NCBI GenBank assembly: GCA_964368155.1
Contig: CAYJBU010000002.1
Span: 1 to 55,102, forward strand
Source: an uncultured Eubacteriales bacterium
GTDB taxonomy: Bacteria > Bacillota > Clostridia > Oscillospirales > Acutalibacteraceae
DNA length: 55,102 bases
Direction of reading: 5' to 3'
Positions 29,168 to 38,476 of the stretch are shown here, piece after piece. Each line of letters begins with the position of its first letter. Position 1 is the stretch's first letter. The notes beneath the pieces are model-generated. The model was not told the origin of the DNA and ran no database searches. It saw only the letters and a program-made list of their open reading frames with translations. The position numbers and the translations under genes are program-made.

Positions 29168-30808
29168 TTATTCTACAGAAATAATGTAGTAATAAATTGG
29201 TTGGCCTCCGTTTACAAGGTTAATTTCAACGTGTGAGCCAAGTTTGCTTTTCAAAGTTTGGTACAAAGAATTGGCGTCCTCTTCTTTGGTGTCACATCCG
29301 TAAATTAAAGTGACGAAACTGCTGTGCTTATCTACTAGTTGGCGAGCTACTTTTACTGCTGCATTCGCTGGAGTTTTGGAAACGAACTCCATTTTTCCGT
29401 TTACCAATCCTAGAATTTCACCCTCTTTGATTTTATGACCGTCATATTCAGAGTTTCTAGCCGCAAAAGTGACTAACCCTGTTGATACATTATGCATTAC
29501 TTCGTTCATAACAGAGATGTTGTGATGATGCGAGCTGTCTGGGTCAAAACTGAGCATTGCAGTCAATCCTTGAGGAATTGTTTTTGTTGGAATTACAACT
29601 ATTGTTCTGTCTGAAACCATTGGAATTGCTTGTTCTGCGGCCATAATGATGTTTTTATTGTTTGGCAAAACAAAAACGGTTTTCGCAGGAGTCGCAAGCA
29701 CTGCTTTTACAATGTCATGTGTGCTTGGGTTCATGGTTTGACCACCACTTACAACGTGATTGCATCCTAATTCCTTGAACAACTCAATTAATCCATCGCC
29801 AGCTGCAACAGAAACAAATCCATATAATTCAGTTGGCTCTTGAGGTTGTAAATCCTCTGGTTTTTCCGACTTAGTAATATTCTTATTTTGCTCTCGCATA
29901 TTCTCGATTTTAACAGTTAGTAGCTGTCCGTAAGTTAGAGCTTTTTGAAGTGCGTCACCTGGATTTTCAGTGTGAACATGAACTTTGATAATTTCCTCAT
30001 CGTCTACTACAACAACACTGTCACCAAGTGTGTTAAGATAATCCCTTAATTCTAACGGGTCTTTATCACATTCTTCGTCTCTACCAACTATGAATTCAGT
30101 ACAATATGTGAAATTAATTTCTGCATCGTAATCTGCAATGATTGACTCAAAACTGCTTTCGTCTACATCGTCACCTTTTCCGTTTGACAAGATAATCTCT
30201 CCATGCTTGAACACAGATAACATACCCTCGTAAATCAAGGTTAGTCCAAATCCGCCTGCGTCAACAACACCTGCTTTTTTTAGCACAGGTAATAATTCGG
30301 GAGTTTCTTCCAATGCTTGTTGAGCACCGCTACAAACTGCGCCCCACACATAAACAGGGTCTTTATCAATTTCTGCAGCGGCCTTACCAATTTCTGCAGC
30401 AACTCTTGCTACAGTTAGAATTGTACCCTCTGCAGGCTTCATAACTGCCTTATATGCAGCGCTTACACCTAATTCAAGCGCTTTTGCAAGGTCGCTTCCG
30501 TCTACTTCTGATTTTCCCTCGAGTCCTTGCGCGAAGCCTCTGAACAACAAAGACAGAATAACGCCCGAGTTTCCTCTTGCACCGCGAAGCATAGCAGAAG
30601 CGACAATTTTTGCAACTTCAGAAACGTCGGTTTCGTCTGACAAGTCGGCGATTTTTTCGGCAGCTTGTGAAATAGTCATAGACATATTTGTGCCTGTGTC
30701 ACCGTCCGGAACAGGGAAAATATTCAAATCATTTGTGATTTTTTTATTGTTTACTATGTTATTTGTTGCTGAAATCATAGCAGATTTTAGCTGATACCCT
30801 TTAATCAT
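29168..30808 (-). CDS. yloV: DAK2 domain-containing protein YloV
   Basis: 546 aa with the DGDTGTNM motif of the Dak phosphatase domain plus the YloV C-terminal domain. Confidence 0.9.
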   Translation of the reverse strand: MIKGYQLKSAMISATNNIVNNKKITNDLNIFPVPDGDTGTNMSMTISQAAEKIADLSDETDVSEVAKIVASAMLRGARGNSGVILSLLFRGFAQGLEGKSEVDGSDLAKALELGVSAAYKAVMKPAEGTILTVARVAAEIGKAAAEIDKDPVYVWGAVCSGAQQALEETPELLPVLKKAGVVDAGGFGLTLIYEGMLSVFKHGEIILSNGKGDDVDESSFESIIADYDAEINFTYCTEFIVGRDEECDKDPLELRDYLNTLGDSVVVVDDEEIIKVHVHTENPGDALQKALTYGQLLTVKIENMREQNKNITKSEKPEDLQPQEPTELYGFVSVAAGDGLIELFKELGCNHVVSGGQTMNPSTHDIVKAVLATPAKTVFVLPNNKNIIMAAEQAIPMVSDRTIVVIPTKTIPQGLTAMLSFDPDSSHHHNISVMNEVMHNVSTGLVTFAARNSEYDGHKIKEGEILGLVNGKMEFVSKTPANAAVKVARQLVDKHSSFVTLIYGCDTKEEDANSLYQTLKSKLGSHVEINLVNGGQPIYYYIISVE

Positions 30809-30926
30809 TTCAATGTCATCCTTTATAAAAAAAGTTTATTGTATAACCTGATTAAGTATAACACAAATTTGTGTTAATTTCAAATATTATTTGAATTTTT
30901 TTTAAACTTATTTACGTATTTTTTAT

Positions 30927-31697
30927 TTATCTTATATTCATTCTTTCGACACTTAAGCACTTGCCTGTTTTTTCATCTATTTCAAACAAAATGCAATCCA
31001 TTTGTTGTTCACCTTGCATATAGTCGAAGCGCACAGGCAGTTTGTACTTCAATTTTTTTATTACAAGCTCGCTTCTAACTCCTAAAACGGAATTGATTGA
31101 ACCTGTCATACCTACGTCGGTGATGTAACCTGTTCCGTTTTCAAAAACAGTTTCATCTGCTGTTTGAATATGTGTGTGTGTTCCAAAAAGCGCAGAAACT
31201 CTTCCGTCCAGATAATAGCCCAAGGCTTTCTTTTCGCCTGTTGCCTCGGCATGAAAGTCCACAATGACGATTTTTCTGCCGCTTTCTTTGTTTAAAATTT
31301 CGTCTGCTTTGTTGAAAGGACAATCAAGAGGTTCCATAAACGAAACTCCCATTAAATTGATAATCAGAACGCTATATCTGCCCATGTCAAAGACAACATA
31401 TCCGTTGCCCGGTGCACCTTTTGGGTAGTTTGCAGGTCTTATAAGATTTTCATTTTCTTCTATATATTCACTGATTTCAGGTCTTCTATATATGTGATTG
31501 CCAGAAGTGATGACGTCAACCCCACTGTCGAATAAATGGCCTGCAGAGGTAGGCGTTATACCATTACCGTCAGAACTATTTTCTCCGTTAGCGATGACTA
31601 AGTCTATGTTTTTGCTTTTTTTTAGATTGGGGAGTTTTTTTCTGACGAACTCACAGCCTTTACTGCCAACAACATCTCCAATTGCAAGAATATTCAT
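30927..31697 (-). CDS. ymdB: TIGR00282-type metallophosphoesterase (2',3'-cyclic-nucleotide phosphodiesterase YmdB)
   Basis: The start is set at M11 (MNILAIGDVVG), which has an AAAGGGGTG RBS. It has the GNH and GTHTH metallophosphatase motifs and lies downstream of rny, as in Bacillus. Confidence 0.92.
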   Translation of the reverse strand: MNILAIGDVVGSKGCEFVRKKLPNLKKSKNIDLVIANGENSSDGNGITPTSAGHLFDSGVDVITSGNHIYRRPEISEYIEENENLIRPANYPKGAPGNGYVVFDMGRYSVLIINLMGVSFMEPLDCPFNKADEILNKESGRKIVIVDFHAEATGEKKALGYYLDGRVSALFGTHTHIQTADETVFENGTGYITDVGMTGSINSVLGVRSELVIKKLKYKLPVRFDYMQGEQQMDCILFEIDEKTGKCLSVERMNIR

Positions 31698-31724
31698 TTT
31701 GACACCCCTTTGTGGTAATAATTC

Positions 31725-31807
31725 CAAAAAATAAAATAAGGGCGGTCTTTTGTGACTCCTGAAACAATGATTTTCATCATTTCAAGAGAACACTCAAGCT
31801 CGCCCTT
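31725..31807 (-). terminator. Branched hairpin plus U-run between rny and ymdB (partial terminator or processing structure)
   Basis: Outer arms AAGGGCG/CGCCCTT enclose an inner AATGAT/ATCATT hairpin. On the minus strand the structure is followed by ATTTTATTTTTT. Confidence 0.45.
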
Positions 31808-31850
31808 AATTCAGTATTAACTTAAATAGTATTGCAAAATTATCAAAAAC

Positions 31851-33419
31851 CTATTTTGCAAAGTCGATTGCACGACTTTCCCTTATCATATTAACTTTAA
31901 TTTGACCAGGATAGCTCATGTCATCTTCGATTTTTTTACAAATTTCGCGCGCTAAGAGCGTCATTTTTTCATCGTCAACCTTTTCAGGCTTAACAAGAAC
32001 TCTGATTTCTCTACCAGCTTGAATAGCGTAACATCTGTCGACACCTTCAAAACTAGAAGTGATTTCTTCGAGTTTTTCAAGTCTTTTAATGTAGTTTTCG
32101 AGATTTTCTCTTCTTGCGCCCGGTCTTGCAGCAGAAATAGCGTCAGCCGCTTGAACTAGACATGCAATAACTGTTTTTGCTTCAATGTCACCGTGGTGAG
32201 CTGCAATAGCATGTACAACGGTTTCATTTTCTTTATATTTTCTGGCAACATTCACGCCGATTTCAACGTGCGAGCCTTCGATTTCATGGTCAAGTGCCTT
32301 TCCTATATCATGCAACAAACCTGCTCTTTTCGCCATTGTTGGATCTAAACCTAATTCAGATGCCATAATTCCTGCGATATAAGCAACTTCTAATGAGTGA
32401 TTAAGTACATTTTGCCCATAACTGGTACGATAACGCAAACGCCCCAGCAATTTTACTAGCTCATGATTAATTCCATTAATTCCAACCGAGATAATAGCTC
32501 TCTCGCCCTCGGCTTTAATTGTAGCTTCAACTTCACGTCTTGCTTTTTCAACTGTTTCTTCAATTCTGGTAGGATGAATTCTACCATCTGAAATAAGTCT
32601 TTCTAATGCATTTCTTGCAATTTCTCTTCTTATAGGTTCAAAACTCGAAATTGTAATTGCCTCTGGTGTATCGTCTATAATTAGGTCTACACCTGTTAAA
32701 TTCTCGATAGCTCTGATATTTCTACCCTCTCTACCGATAATTCTACCTTTCATTTCATCGCCAGGTAGCGGTACTACACTAATAACAGCCTCTGAAACGT
32801 GGTCTGCCGCACAACGCTGAATTGCAAGTGATATCATTTCTCTTGCCATTCTGTCGCAGTCATCTTTCATTGCCTGTTCAAATTCCATAATTTTAACAGC
32901 TTTTTCATGGCCTAACTCATTTGAGATATTGTCCAAAAGATAAGCTTTAGCTTGTTCAACCGTAAATGAAGATATTTTTTCCAAAACATCAAGCTGGCTT
33001 CTTTTAAGTGATTCCGCCTCTTTAACAATGTCGTCAGCTTTTTTGTTTTTATTGTCAATTTGATTTTCTTTGTTCTCAAGTTGCTCTAACTTCTTGTCAA
33101 GATTTTCTTCTTTTTGTTGAATTCTTCTTTCTTGACGAGATATTTCTTTTCTTCTGTCATTTAAATCTTTTTCGGTTTCATTTCTGAATTTCAGAACTTC
33201 GTCTTTACCCTCTAAGATTAACTCTTTTTTCTTTGCTTGTGCCAGTGTGTTTGCCTCGTTTTGAATACGTTTTGCCTCTTGTTCTGCAGAGCCGATAGCA
33301 GCTTCAGCAGTTTGTTTTCTTTTTTCTATACCCTTATTTATACCTATTTTTAGCGAAATAGGAATAGCGAGCGCAATAACAACTACTGCCACAATTATTG
33401 TAATTAAAATTTCTGTCAT
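31851..33419 (-). CDS. rny: Ribonuclease Y
   Basis: 522 aa with an N-terminal TM helix, a coiled coil, a KH domain (GREGRNIRA) and an HD domain (LLHDIGK). Confidence 0.97.
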   Translation of the reverse strand: MTEILITIIVAVVVIALAIPISLKIGINKGIEKRKQTAEAAIGSAEQEAKRIQNEANTLAQAKKKELILEGKDEVLKFRNETEKDLNDRRKEISRQERRIQQKEENLDKKLEQLENKENQIDNKNKKADDIVKEAESLKRSQLDVLEKISSFTVEQAKAYLLDNISNELGHEKAVKIMEFEQAMKDDCDRMAREMISLAIQRCAADHVSEAVISVVPLPGDEMKGRIIGREGRNIRAIENLTGVDLIIDDTPEAITISSFEPIRREIARNALERLISDGRIHPTRIEETVEKARREVEATIKAEGERAIISVGINGINHELVKLLGRLRYRTSYGQNVLNHSLEVAYIAGIMASELGLDPTMAKRAGLLHDIGKALDHEIEGSHVEIGVNVARKYKENETVVHAIAAHHGDIEAKTVIACLVQAADAISAARPGARRENLENYIKRLEKLEEITSSFEGVDRCYAIQAGREIRVLVKPEKVDDEKMTLLAREICKKIEDDMSYPGQIKVNMIRESRAIDFAK

Positions 33420-33521
33420 TTGACACCTCCTTTTTCTGTTTTTTATCTTTCAAATATTTTCATCTAATTTAATGTGGGTGCGTTAATCCCCTAAAGATAT
33501 GTTAAACACATCTTAAACTAT

Positions 33522-33551
33522 ATTTTACATCTTTATACATTGTTTTGTCAA
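33522..33551 (-). promoter_or_regulatory. Sigma-A promoter of rny
   Basis: On the minus strand: TTGACA, an 18-nt spacer, then TAAAAT. Confidence 0.5.
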
Positions 33552-33616
33552 GTTATTTGCAAATAATAACTAAAAATTTATTTTGAATTAATATTAACAC
33601 TAAAATTATTGACAGG

Positions 33617-33668
33617 CTAGCCGAGTTCATGTAATCCGAACGGGTTCAGATTACATGAACTCGGCTAG
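33617..33668. repeat. Palindromic element copy 1 (20-bp perfect arms), 3' of trpS
   Basis: CTAGCCGAGTTCATGTAATC - 12 nt - GATTACATGAACTCGGCTAG. It shares the 18-mer TAGCCGAGTTCATGTAAT (minus-strand reading) with copy 2 at 41112-41140. Confidence 0.85.
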
Positions 33669-33675
33669 GGTAAGT

Positions 33676-34668
33676 TTACACATACCCTATTTTTCTCATA
33701 ACTTTAGATAGGGTTTTATTAGCTATTCTAGACGCTTTTTGAGCGTTTTCTTTGAAGCAATCTTCAAGAAAAGCTTTGTCTGAAATGTATTTTAGATAAT
33801 TTTCTTGAATTGGTTTTAAATGAGAAGACACAGTTTCGCCAACTGCTGATTTAAAATCGCCATAACCTTTTCCATTAAACTCTATTTCAATTTCTTCGAA
33901 AGTTTTTCCTGTGATACAAGAATAAATTTCCATTAAATTATTTATTCCGTCTTTGCCCTCGCCTCTTTTAACCACTGTGTCGCTGTCTGTCACTGCACGT
34001 TTAAATTTTTTGATTATCACGTCTGTGGTATCTAAAAGAGTGATATAACTGTTCACGTTTTCATCAGATTTACTCATTTTTCTAGTTGGGTCTTGCAAGG
34101 ACATTACCCTCGCTCCATTTTTAGGAGTAAAGCCTTCCGGCACAACAAAAGTAGGTGAATAGTGAGAGTTAAACCTCTCGGCAATGTCACGAGTTAACTC
34201 AATGTGTTGTCTTTGGTCGTCGCCAACAGGCACTAAATGTGGGTTGTAAAGCAAAATGTCAGCCGCCATTAAACAAGGGTAGGTGAAAAGGCCTGCATTT
34301 ATATTATCCGAGTGTTTTGCAGATTTATCCTTAAATTGTGTCATTCTTGAAAGTTCGCCAAAACCTGTGTAGCAATTTAGCAACCAAGCAAGCTGAGAAT
34401 GTGCAGGCACATGGCTTTGAAGATAAAGAATGCTTTTGCTTGTGTCAATTCCAATTGCTAAAAGCATTGCGTATGCTTCAAGAGTGTTTTTGCGAAAGTC
34501 TTTTGGCACTTGTCTTACAGTTATTGCGTGCAAATCTGCTATTGTATATATGCAATTATACTCATCTTGCATTTTAACCCAGTTTTTAAGCGCACCCAAG
34601 TAATTCCCCAAAGTAAAAGAACCTGAGGATTGAATTGCGCTGTAAACCGTTTTTTTGTTTTCGTCCAT
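33676..34668 (-). CDS. trpS: Tryptophan--tRNA ligase
   Basis: 330 aa with the TLGNYLGA (HIGH-equivalent) and KMSKS motifs. Confidence 0.96.
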   Translation of the reverse strand: MDENKKTVYSAIQSSGSFTLGNYLGALKNWVKMQDEYNCIYTIADLHAITVRQVPKDFRKNTLEAYAMLLAIGIDTSKSILYLQSHVPAHSQLAWLLNCYTGFGELSRMTQFKDKSAKHSDNINAGLFTYPCLMAADILLYNPHLVPVGDDQRQHIELTRDIAERFNSHYSPTFVVPEGFTPKNGARVMSLQDPTRKMSKSDENVNSYITLLDTTDVIIKKFKRAVTDSDTVVKRGEGKDGINNLMEIYSCITGKTFEEIEIEFNGKGYGDFKSAVGETVSSHLKPIQENYLKYISDKAFLEDCFKENAQKASRIANKTLSKVMRKIGYV

Positions 34669-34795
34669 TATTGAAACTCCATTCTGCCAAATTAAATTTT
34701 GTAGAGTCTATTATTCTTTTTTTGGCATTATAATATAGTTAGGTCAGTTTAAAGTAAGTATTGCTAGATAAATGAATTCCTAAGCAGAACAGTAA

Positions 34796-35983
34796 TCAAA
34801 CCATTTCTTTGATTAATTCGCCCAAAACTTCAATTCCTTTTTTGAGTTGTTCGTTTGTTGGAGTAGAAAAGTTAATTCTAAATGCGTCGCAAGGGTCGCT
34901 TTCATTTGTCAAAAACGCATTTCCTGGAACTACGCACACTTTTCTTTCAACAGCTTTTTTGCAGAAATCGAGCATGTCAACTCCTTTTGGCAAACGGCAC
35001 CATGCGAAAAGTCCACCCTCAAAATCGTCCCATGTGATGTGTGGTGCAAAGTTTTTCTCTAATAAATCTAGCAAGAACAGTCTTTTTGCGCTGTAAAGGT
35101 CTCTTAAATTTTGAAGATGCTTTTCAAAGTCAAATTCAGTGATGAATTTGTGGCAAACAACCTGTGCCCAAATATTGCTGTGGACGTCTTGTCCTTGTTT
35201 GCAAACAACCATTTTAGAGATGACTTGGGCAGGCCCAATAGCGTAACCAACTCTCATTCCCGGAGAAATAACTTTACTGAAAGACCCAGCATAAAGCACA
35301 ATTCCTTGTGTGTCGAAAGTTTTTATTGAAGGTAAGCTTTCGCCTGTGTATCTTAAATCGCCATAAGGGTTGTCCTCTAAAATCAAAACAGAATATTTTG
35401 CTGCAAGCTCATAAACTTTCTTTCTTTTTTCCAAGCTCATTGTAATTCCTGACGGATTTTGGAAATTTGGAATTACATAAATGATTTTAACATTTTTTTC
35501 TGTTTTCAAGGCTTCTTCCAAAAGGTCGGTGTCAATTCCGTCGCTTTGTACAGGAACGCCCTTTAACTTTGCGTTGTAAGAACGGAAAGTGTTGAGGCAT
35601 CCAATAAAACTAGGAGCTTCACAAATAACTGTGTCCCCTTCGTTGAGAAGTGCTTTTGAAAGCAAGTCTGTGATTTGTTGCGCACCACTAGTGATTAGAA
35701 TTTCGTCGCCGTCGCCACCTACGTTGTAATTTTTCTTCATGTAATCGGTAAGAGCTGTTTTTAGTGGAGGATAGCCCTCTGTAACGCTGTATTGTAGTGC
35801 TAAAATTGGATTTGTTTCCAGTAATTCTTTTGAAATAGCCGCGATTTCTTCTGCTGGAAATGCTTCAGGAGCTGGGTTTCCTGCAGAAAGTGAGATGTAC
35901 TCAGGGTTTGCAGCATATTTGAAAATCTCTCTTATTGCTGAGGGTTTTAAGCTTTGGACTCTGTCTGAAAAAGTGTAATTCAT
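34796..35983 (-). CDS. PLP-dependent aminotransferase, class I/II (ARO8 / 2-aminoadipate-type)
   Basis: It has the PLP-lysine block SFSKVISPGMRVGY and the NPSG motif. The start is taken as M8 (MNYTFSDRV) by arithmetic from the ORF track. Confidence 0.88.
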   Translation of the reverse strand: MNYTFSDRVQSLKPSAIREIFKYAANPEYISLSAGNPAPEAFPAEEIAAISKELLETNPILALQYSVTEGYPPLKTALTDYMKKNYNVGGDGDEILITSGAQQITDLLSKALLNEGDTVICEAPSFIGCLNTFRSYNAKLKGVPVQSDGIDTDLLEEALKTEKNVKIIYVIPNFQNPSGITMSLEKRKKVYELAAKYSVLILEDNPYGDLRYTGESLPSIKTFDTQGIVLYAGSFSKVISPGMRVGYAIGPAQVISKMVVCKQGQDVHSNIWAQVVCHKFITEFDFEKHLQNLRDLYSAKRLFLLDLLEKNFAPHITWDDFEGGLFAWCRLPKGVDMLDFCKKAVERKVCVVPGNAFLTNESDPCDAFRINFSTPTNEQLKKGIEVLGELIKEMV

Positions 35984-36190
35984 AGTATTTTCATTTCCTT
36001 TCAATCACGTTTTACGTGTTTTATTTTATTAATCGCCGATTGTGACACGGTTTTTTACCGACTGGGCTGCTTGGTTTTTGATTTGGTTTGACAATATATG
36101 TTAACCGACTATAGTTTAACGCTTTGCTGTGCAAAAGCAAATTTAGAAAACCGACAATCAAAGTGAGAATCACTTTAATTAATCAGTCTT
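35984..36190 (-). promoter_or_regulatory. Roughly 200-nt untranslated leader with three periodic GUCGGU motifs (function unknown)
   Basis: ACCGAC on the plus strand occurs at 36057-36062, 36104-36109 and 36150-36155, spaced 46-47 nt apart. Several short hairpins are present, for example CACGT-aaa-ACGTG next to the RBS. There is no T-box or other motif I recognise. Confidence 0.35.
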
Positions 36191-36195
36191 CTATA

Positions 36196-36224
36196 ATTCT
36201 ATGTTTTTTTATTGAATTTGTCAA
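36196..36224 (-). promoter_or_regulatory. Sigma-A promoter of the aminotransferase(-trpS) transcript
   Basis: On the minus strand: TTGACA, a 17-nt spacer, then TAGAAT, starting 25 nt after the uppP stop. Confidence 0.6.
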
Positions 36225-36248
36225 TATATAAATCTGAATATATTTCAA

Positions 36249-37082
36249 TCAAGCCGCTAATGGTACAAATAAAAAGTACGCCAACACAATTGCGCCAAAC
36301 ACAATTCTATACCACCCAAAAACCTTGAAGTCGTGTTTTTTTATGTAGCTCATCAAAAATACAATGGCAATACAAGAAACGACAAATGCGACTACCATTC
36401 CTATTATCAGTGCGATTATTTCTGTAGATGAAAAATCAAAACCGAATTTGATTATTTTAAGGAAACTTGCCGCAAACATGGTGGGAATTGCCAAGAAAAA
36501 GGTGAATTCAGACGCGGCGACCCTTGAAACGCCAAGTATAAGTGCGCCCACAATTGTTGCGCCCGAGCGTGATGTGCCCGGAATCATAGCAAGCACTTGG
36601 AATGCGCCGATTGCCAATGCAATTGCATATGTGATGTGCTTTACTTTTTTGTATTTAACTCTTCTGGTTTTGTTATAGTTTTCAACAACAATAAAGATAA
36701 TTCCATATAAAATTAGCATGATTGAAATTGTGATTGGAGTTCCAAAGTTTTCCTCCAAAAAATCATCAATAAAAAGTCCTACTGCGGCAGGTAAACAAGC
36801 TACTACAACCTTTGACCACATAATAAAAATGTCTTTTTTCGGCTTGATTTTACCCTCTTGTAGACCAAAAGGAAAAATCTTTTTCCAAAATATTAGAATA
36901 ACAGCAAAAATTGCTCCCAATTGAATGACAACAAAAAACATATTTTTGAAGTCCTCGCTGAAATTTAGCTGAATAAATTCGTCTAAAATCAGCATATGAC
37001 CTGTGCTACTAATTGGCAACCATTCCGTAATTCCCTCAACTATACCAATTAGAATTATTTTAAGTATCTCGATAAAATCCAT
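36249..37082 (-). CDS. uppP: Undecaprenyl-diphosphate phosphatase
   Basis: 277 aa and polytopic, with EGITEWLPISSTGHM and PGTSRSG, the BacA/UppP signatures. Confidence 0.95.
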   Translation of the reverse strand: MDFIEILKIILIGIVEGITEWLPISSTGHMLILDEFIQLNFSEDFKNMFFVVIQLGAIFAVILIFWKKIFPFGLQEGKIKPKKDIFIMWSKVVVACLPAAVGLFIDDFLEENFGTPITISIMLILYGIIFIVVENYNKTRRVKYKKVKHITYAIALAIGAFQVLAMIPGTSRSGATIVGALILGVSRVAASEFTFFLAIPTMFAASFLKIIKFGFDFSSTEIIALIIGMVVAFVVSCIAIVFLMSYIKKHDFKVFGWYRIVFGAIVLAYFLFVPLAA

Positions 37083-37132
37083 TTAATTCGTAATTCCCTT
37101 CTCGATTGTGAAAAGTTAATTTCACAAGGTTT

Positions 37133-38476
37133 CTATTCTCCTTTTAGAATTGTAACAAAGCGCTCGCACTTCATACCTCGTGAACCTTTCACCAAAATGC
37201 AATCTCCGTCTTTTACAAATTTGCTTACAAAATCTTCTGCTTGAGAAAAGTCTGTGAAATGGATTGAATTTAACATGTCATTAAATGCATTGTGAGTGCT
37301 AATTGACTCTTCTCCGTAAGAAATAAGATAATCTACACCCATTTCTTTTGCAAATTCGCCCACTTCTTTGTGGCCTTTTTCAGAATAACTGCCAAGCTCT
37401 AACATGTCAGCAAGTACAGCAATTTTTCTTCCGTTAAGTTTACTCAAAATACCAAGCGCAGATTTTGCAGAATCGGGACTTGAATTATAGCTGTCGTCTA
37501 TTATTGTGAATTTTTCAGTTTTGATAATTTGTTGTCTCATCTCAGGGGGAGTGTAATTATAGATATCCTCAATTGATTTTTCAATGTCTAAATTCAATGA
37601 ATCGCTTACTGCAAGTGCTGCAAGAGCATTTCTGATGTTGTGTTCGCCCAAACAAGATAATTTTACTCTGTGAGTTTTATCCTTAATAATTACAGAAAAC
37701 TCGGTGCCAAAATCGTTTTCGGTTATATCAAAAGCTCGATAATCGCAATCTTCTGAAAGTCCAAAATCTACTACTCTAAAATTCTTTTTGCCTTTTAGTG
37801 CTTTTAGTAATGGGTCATCGCCATTGATAAACATAATGTCGTTATTACTAAAATAGTCGGTTACATGCAGTTTTTCTTCCAAAATTTTTTCTTTTGAACC
37901 CAAATTCTCAATATGTGAAACTCCAATATTCGTAAAAACTGCCATGTTTGGCCTTGCGCAATATGAAATTTTTTCCATCTCTCCAACAAGGCTCATTCCC
38001 ATTTCAATGATTGCACATTTATGATTTTCGTTAACTCTTAAAAGAGTTAGCGGTAAGCCGACTTGACTGTTTGCATTGCCGTATGTTTTGAGAGTTGCAA
38101 TTTGATTTTCAACAGCACAAGCCACAATCTCTTTTGTTGTGGTTTTGCCAACACTTCCCGTAATTGCAATAAAAGGGATGTTAAAATTTAATCTGTGCGA
38201 AAGAGAGAATTCTTGCAATGCCATTTTTGTGTCGTCGACCAATATGTAGTCCCCGCTAGGATTTGGAATTTCGTTTTGGCTGAATGATGCGCTTGACTTA
38301 GAGAAAACGTCGGGTATGAATTTATGAGCATCAACCTTTTCGCCAATAATTGGGACAAAAACAGCTGTTTCTATTGCTTCGCGGCTGTCAAGAAAAAGTG
38401 AAAAAACATCTCTTTCTCCGTCTCCGTAAAGTTTACCTCCACTCATTTGTGCTACTTCTTTTAACTTATAGTTCAA
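37133..38476 (-). CDS. murF: UDP-N-acetylmuramoyl-tripeptide--D-alanyl-D-alanine ligase
   Basis: It has the Mur ligase P-loop ITGSVGKTTTKE. The start is set at TTG 38476, which has a GGAGG RBS 8 nt upstream and gives MNYKLKEVAQMSGGKL. The track's start at 38494 is less likely. It overlaps the murE stop. Confidence 0.93.
   Translation of the reverse strand: MNYKLKEVAQMSGGKLYGDGERDVFSLFLDSREAIETAVFVPIIGEKVDAHKFIPDVFSKSSASFSQNEIPNPSGDYILVDDTKMALQEFSLSHRLNFNIPFIAITGSVGKTTTKEIVACAVENQIATLKTYGNANSQVGLPLTLLRVNENHKCAIIEMGMSLVGEMEKISYCARPNMAVFTNIGVSHIENLGSKEKILEEKLHVTDYFSNNDIMFINGDDPLLKALKGKKNFRVVDFGLSEDCDYRAFDITENDFGTEFSVIIKDKTHRVKLSCLGEHNIRNALAALAVSDSLNLDIEKSIEDIYNYTPPEMRQQIIKTEKFTIIDDSYNSSPDSAKSALGILSKLNGRKIAVLADMLELGSYSEKGHKEVGEFAKEMGVDYLISYGEESISTHNAFNDMLNSIHFTDFSQAEDFVSKFVKDGDCILVKGSRGMKCERFVTILKGE

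Noticed and set aside
34669-34795. Expected a Trp T-box upstream of trpS.
   Set aside because: The spacer is only 127 nt and has no GGTGGNACCGCG-type T-box sequence and no terminator/antiterminator pair. There is only a TATAAT without a credible -35 element.
35981-36004. Apparent frame inconsistency when I hand-translated the first codons of the aminotransferase ORF. My reading gives TTG AAG GAA ATG..., whereas the track gives MKGNENTM.
   Set aside because: The supplied ORF track is continuous across this point, so I attribute the 1-nt discrepancy to my own character-level reading of a T-run, not to a real frameshift. The start coordinate was derived from track arithmetic and may be off by 1.
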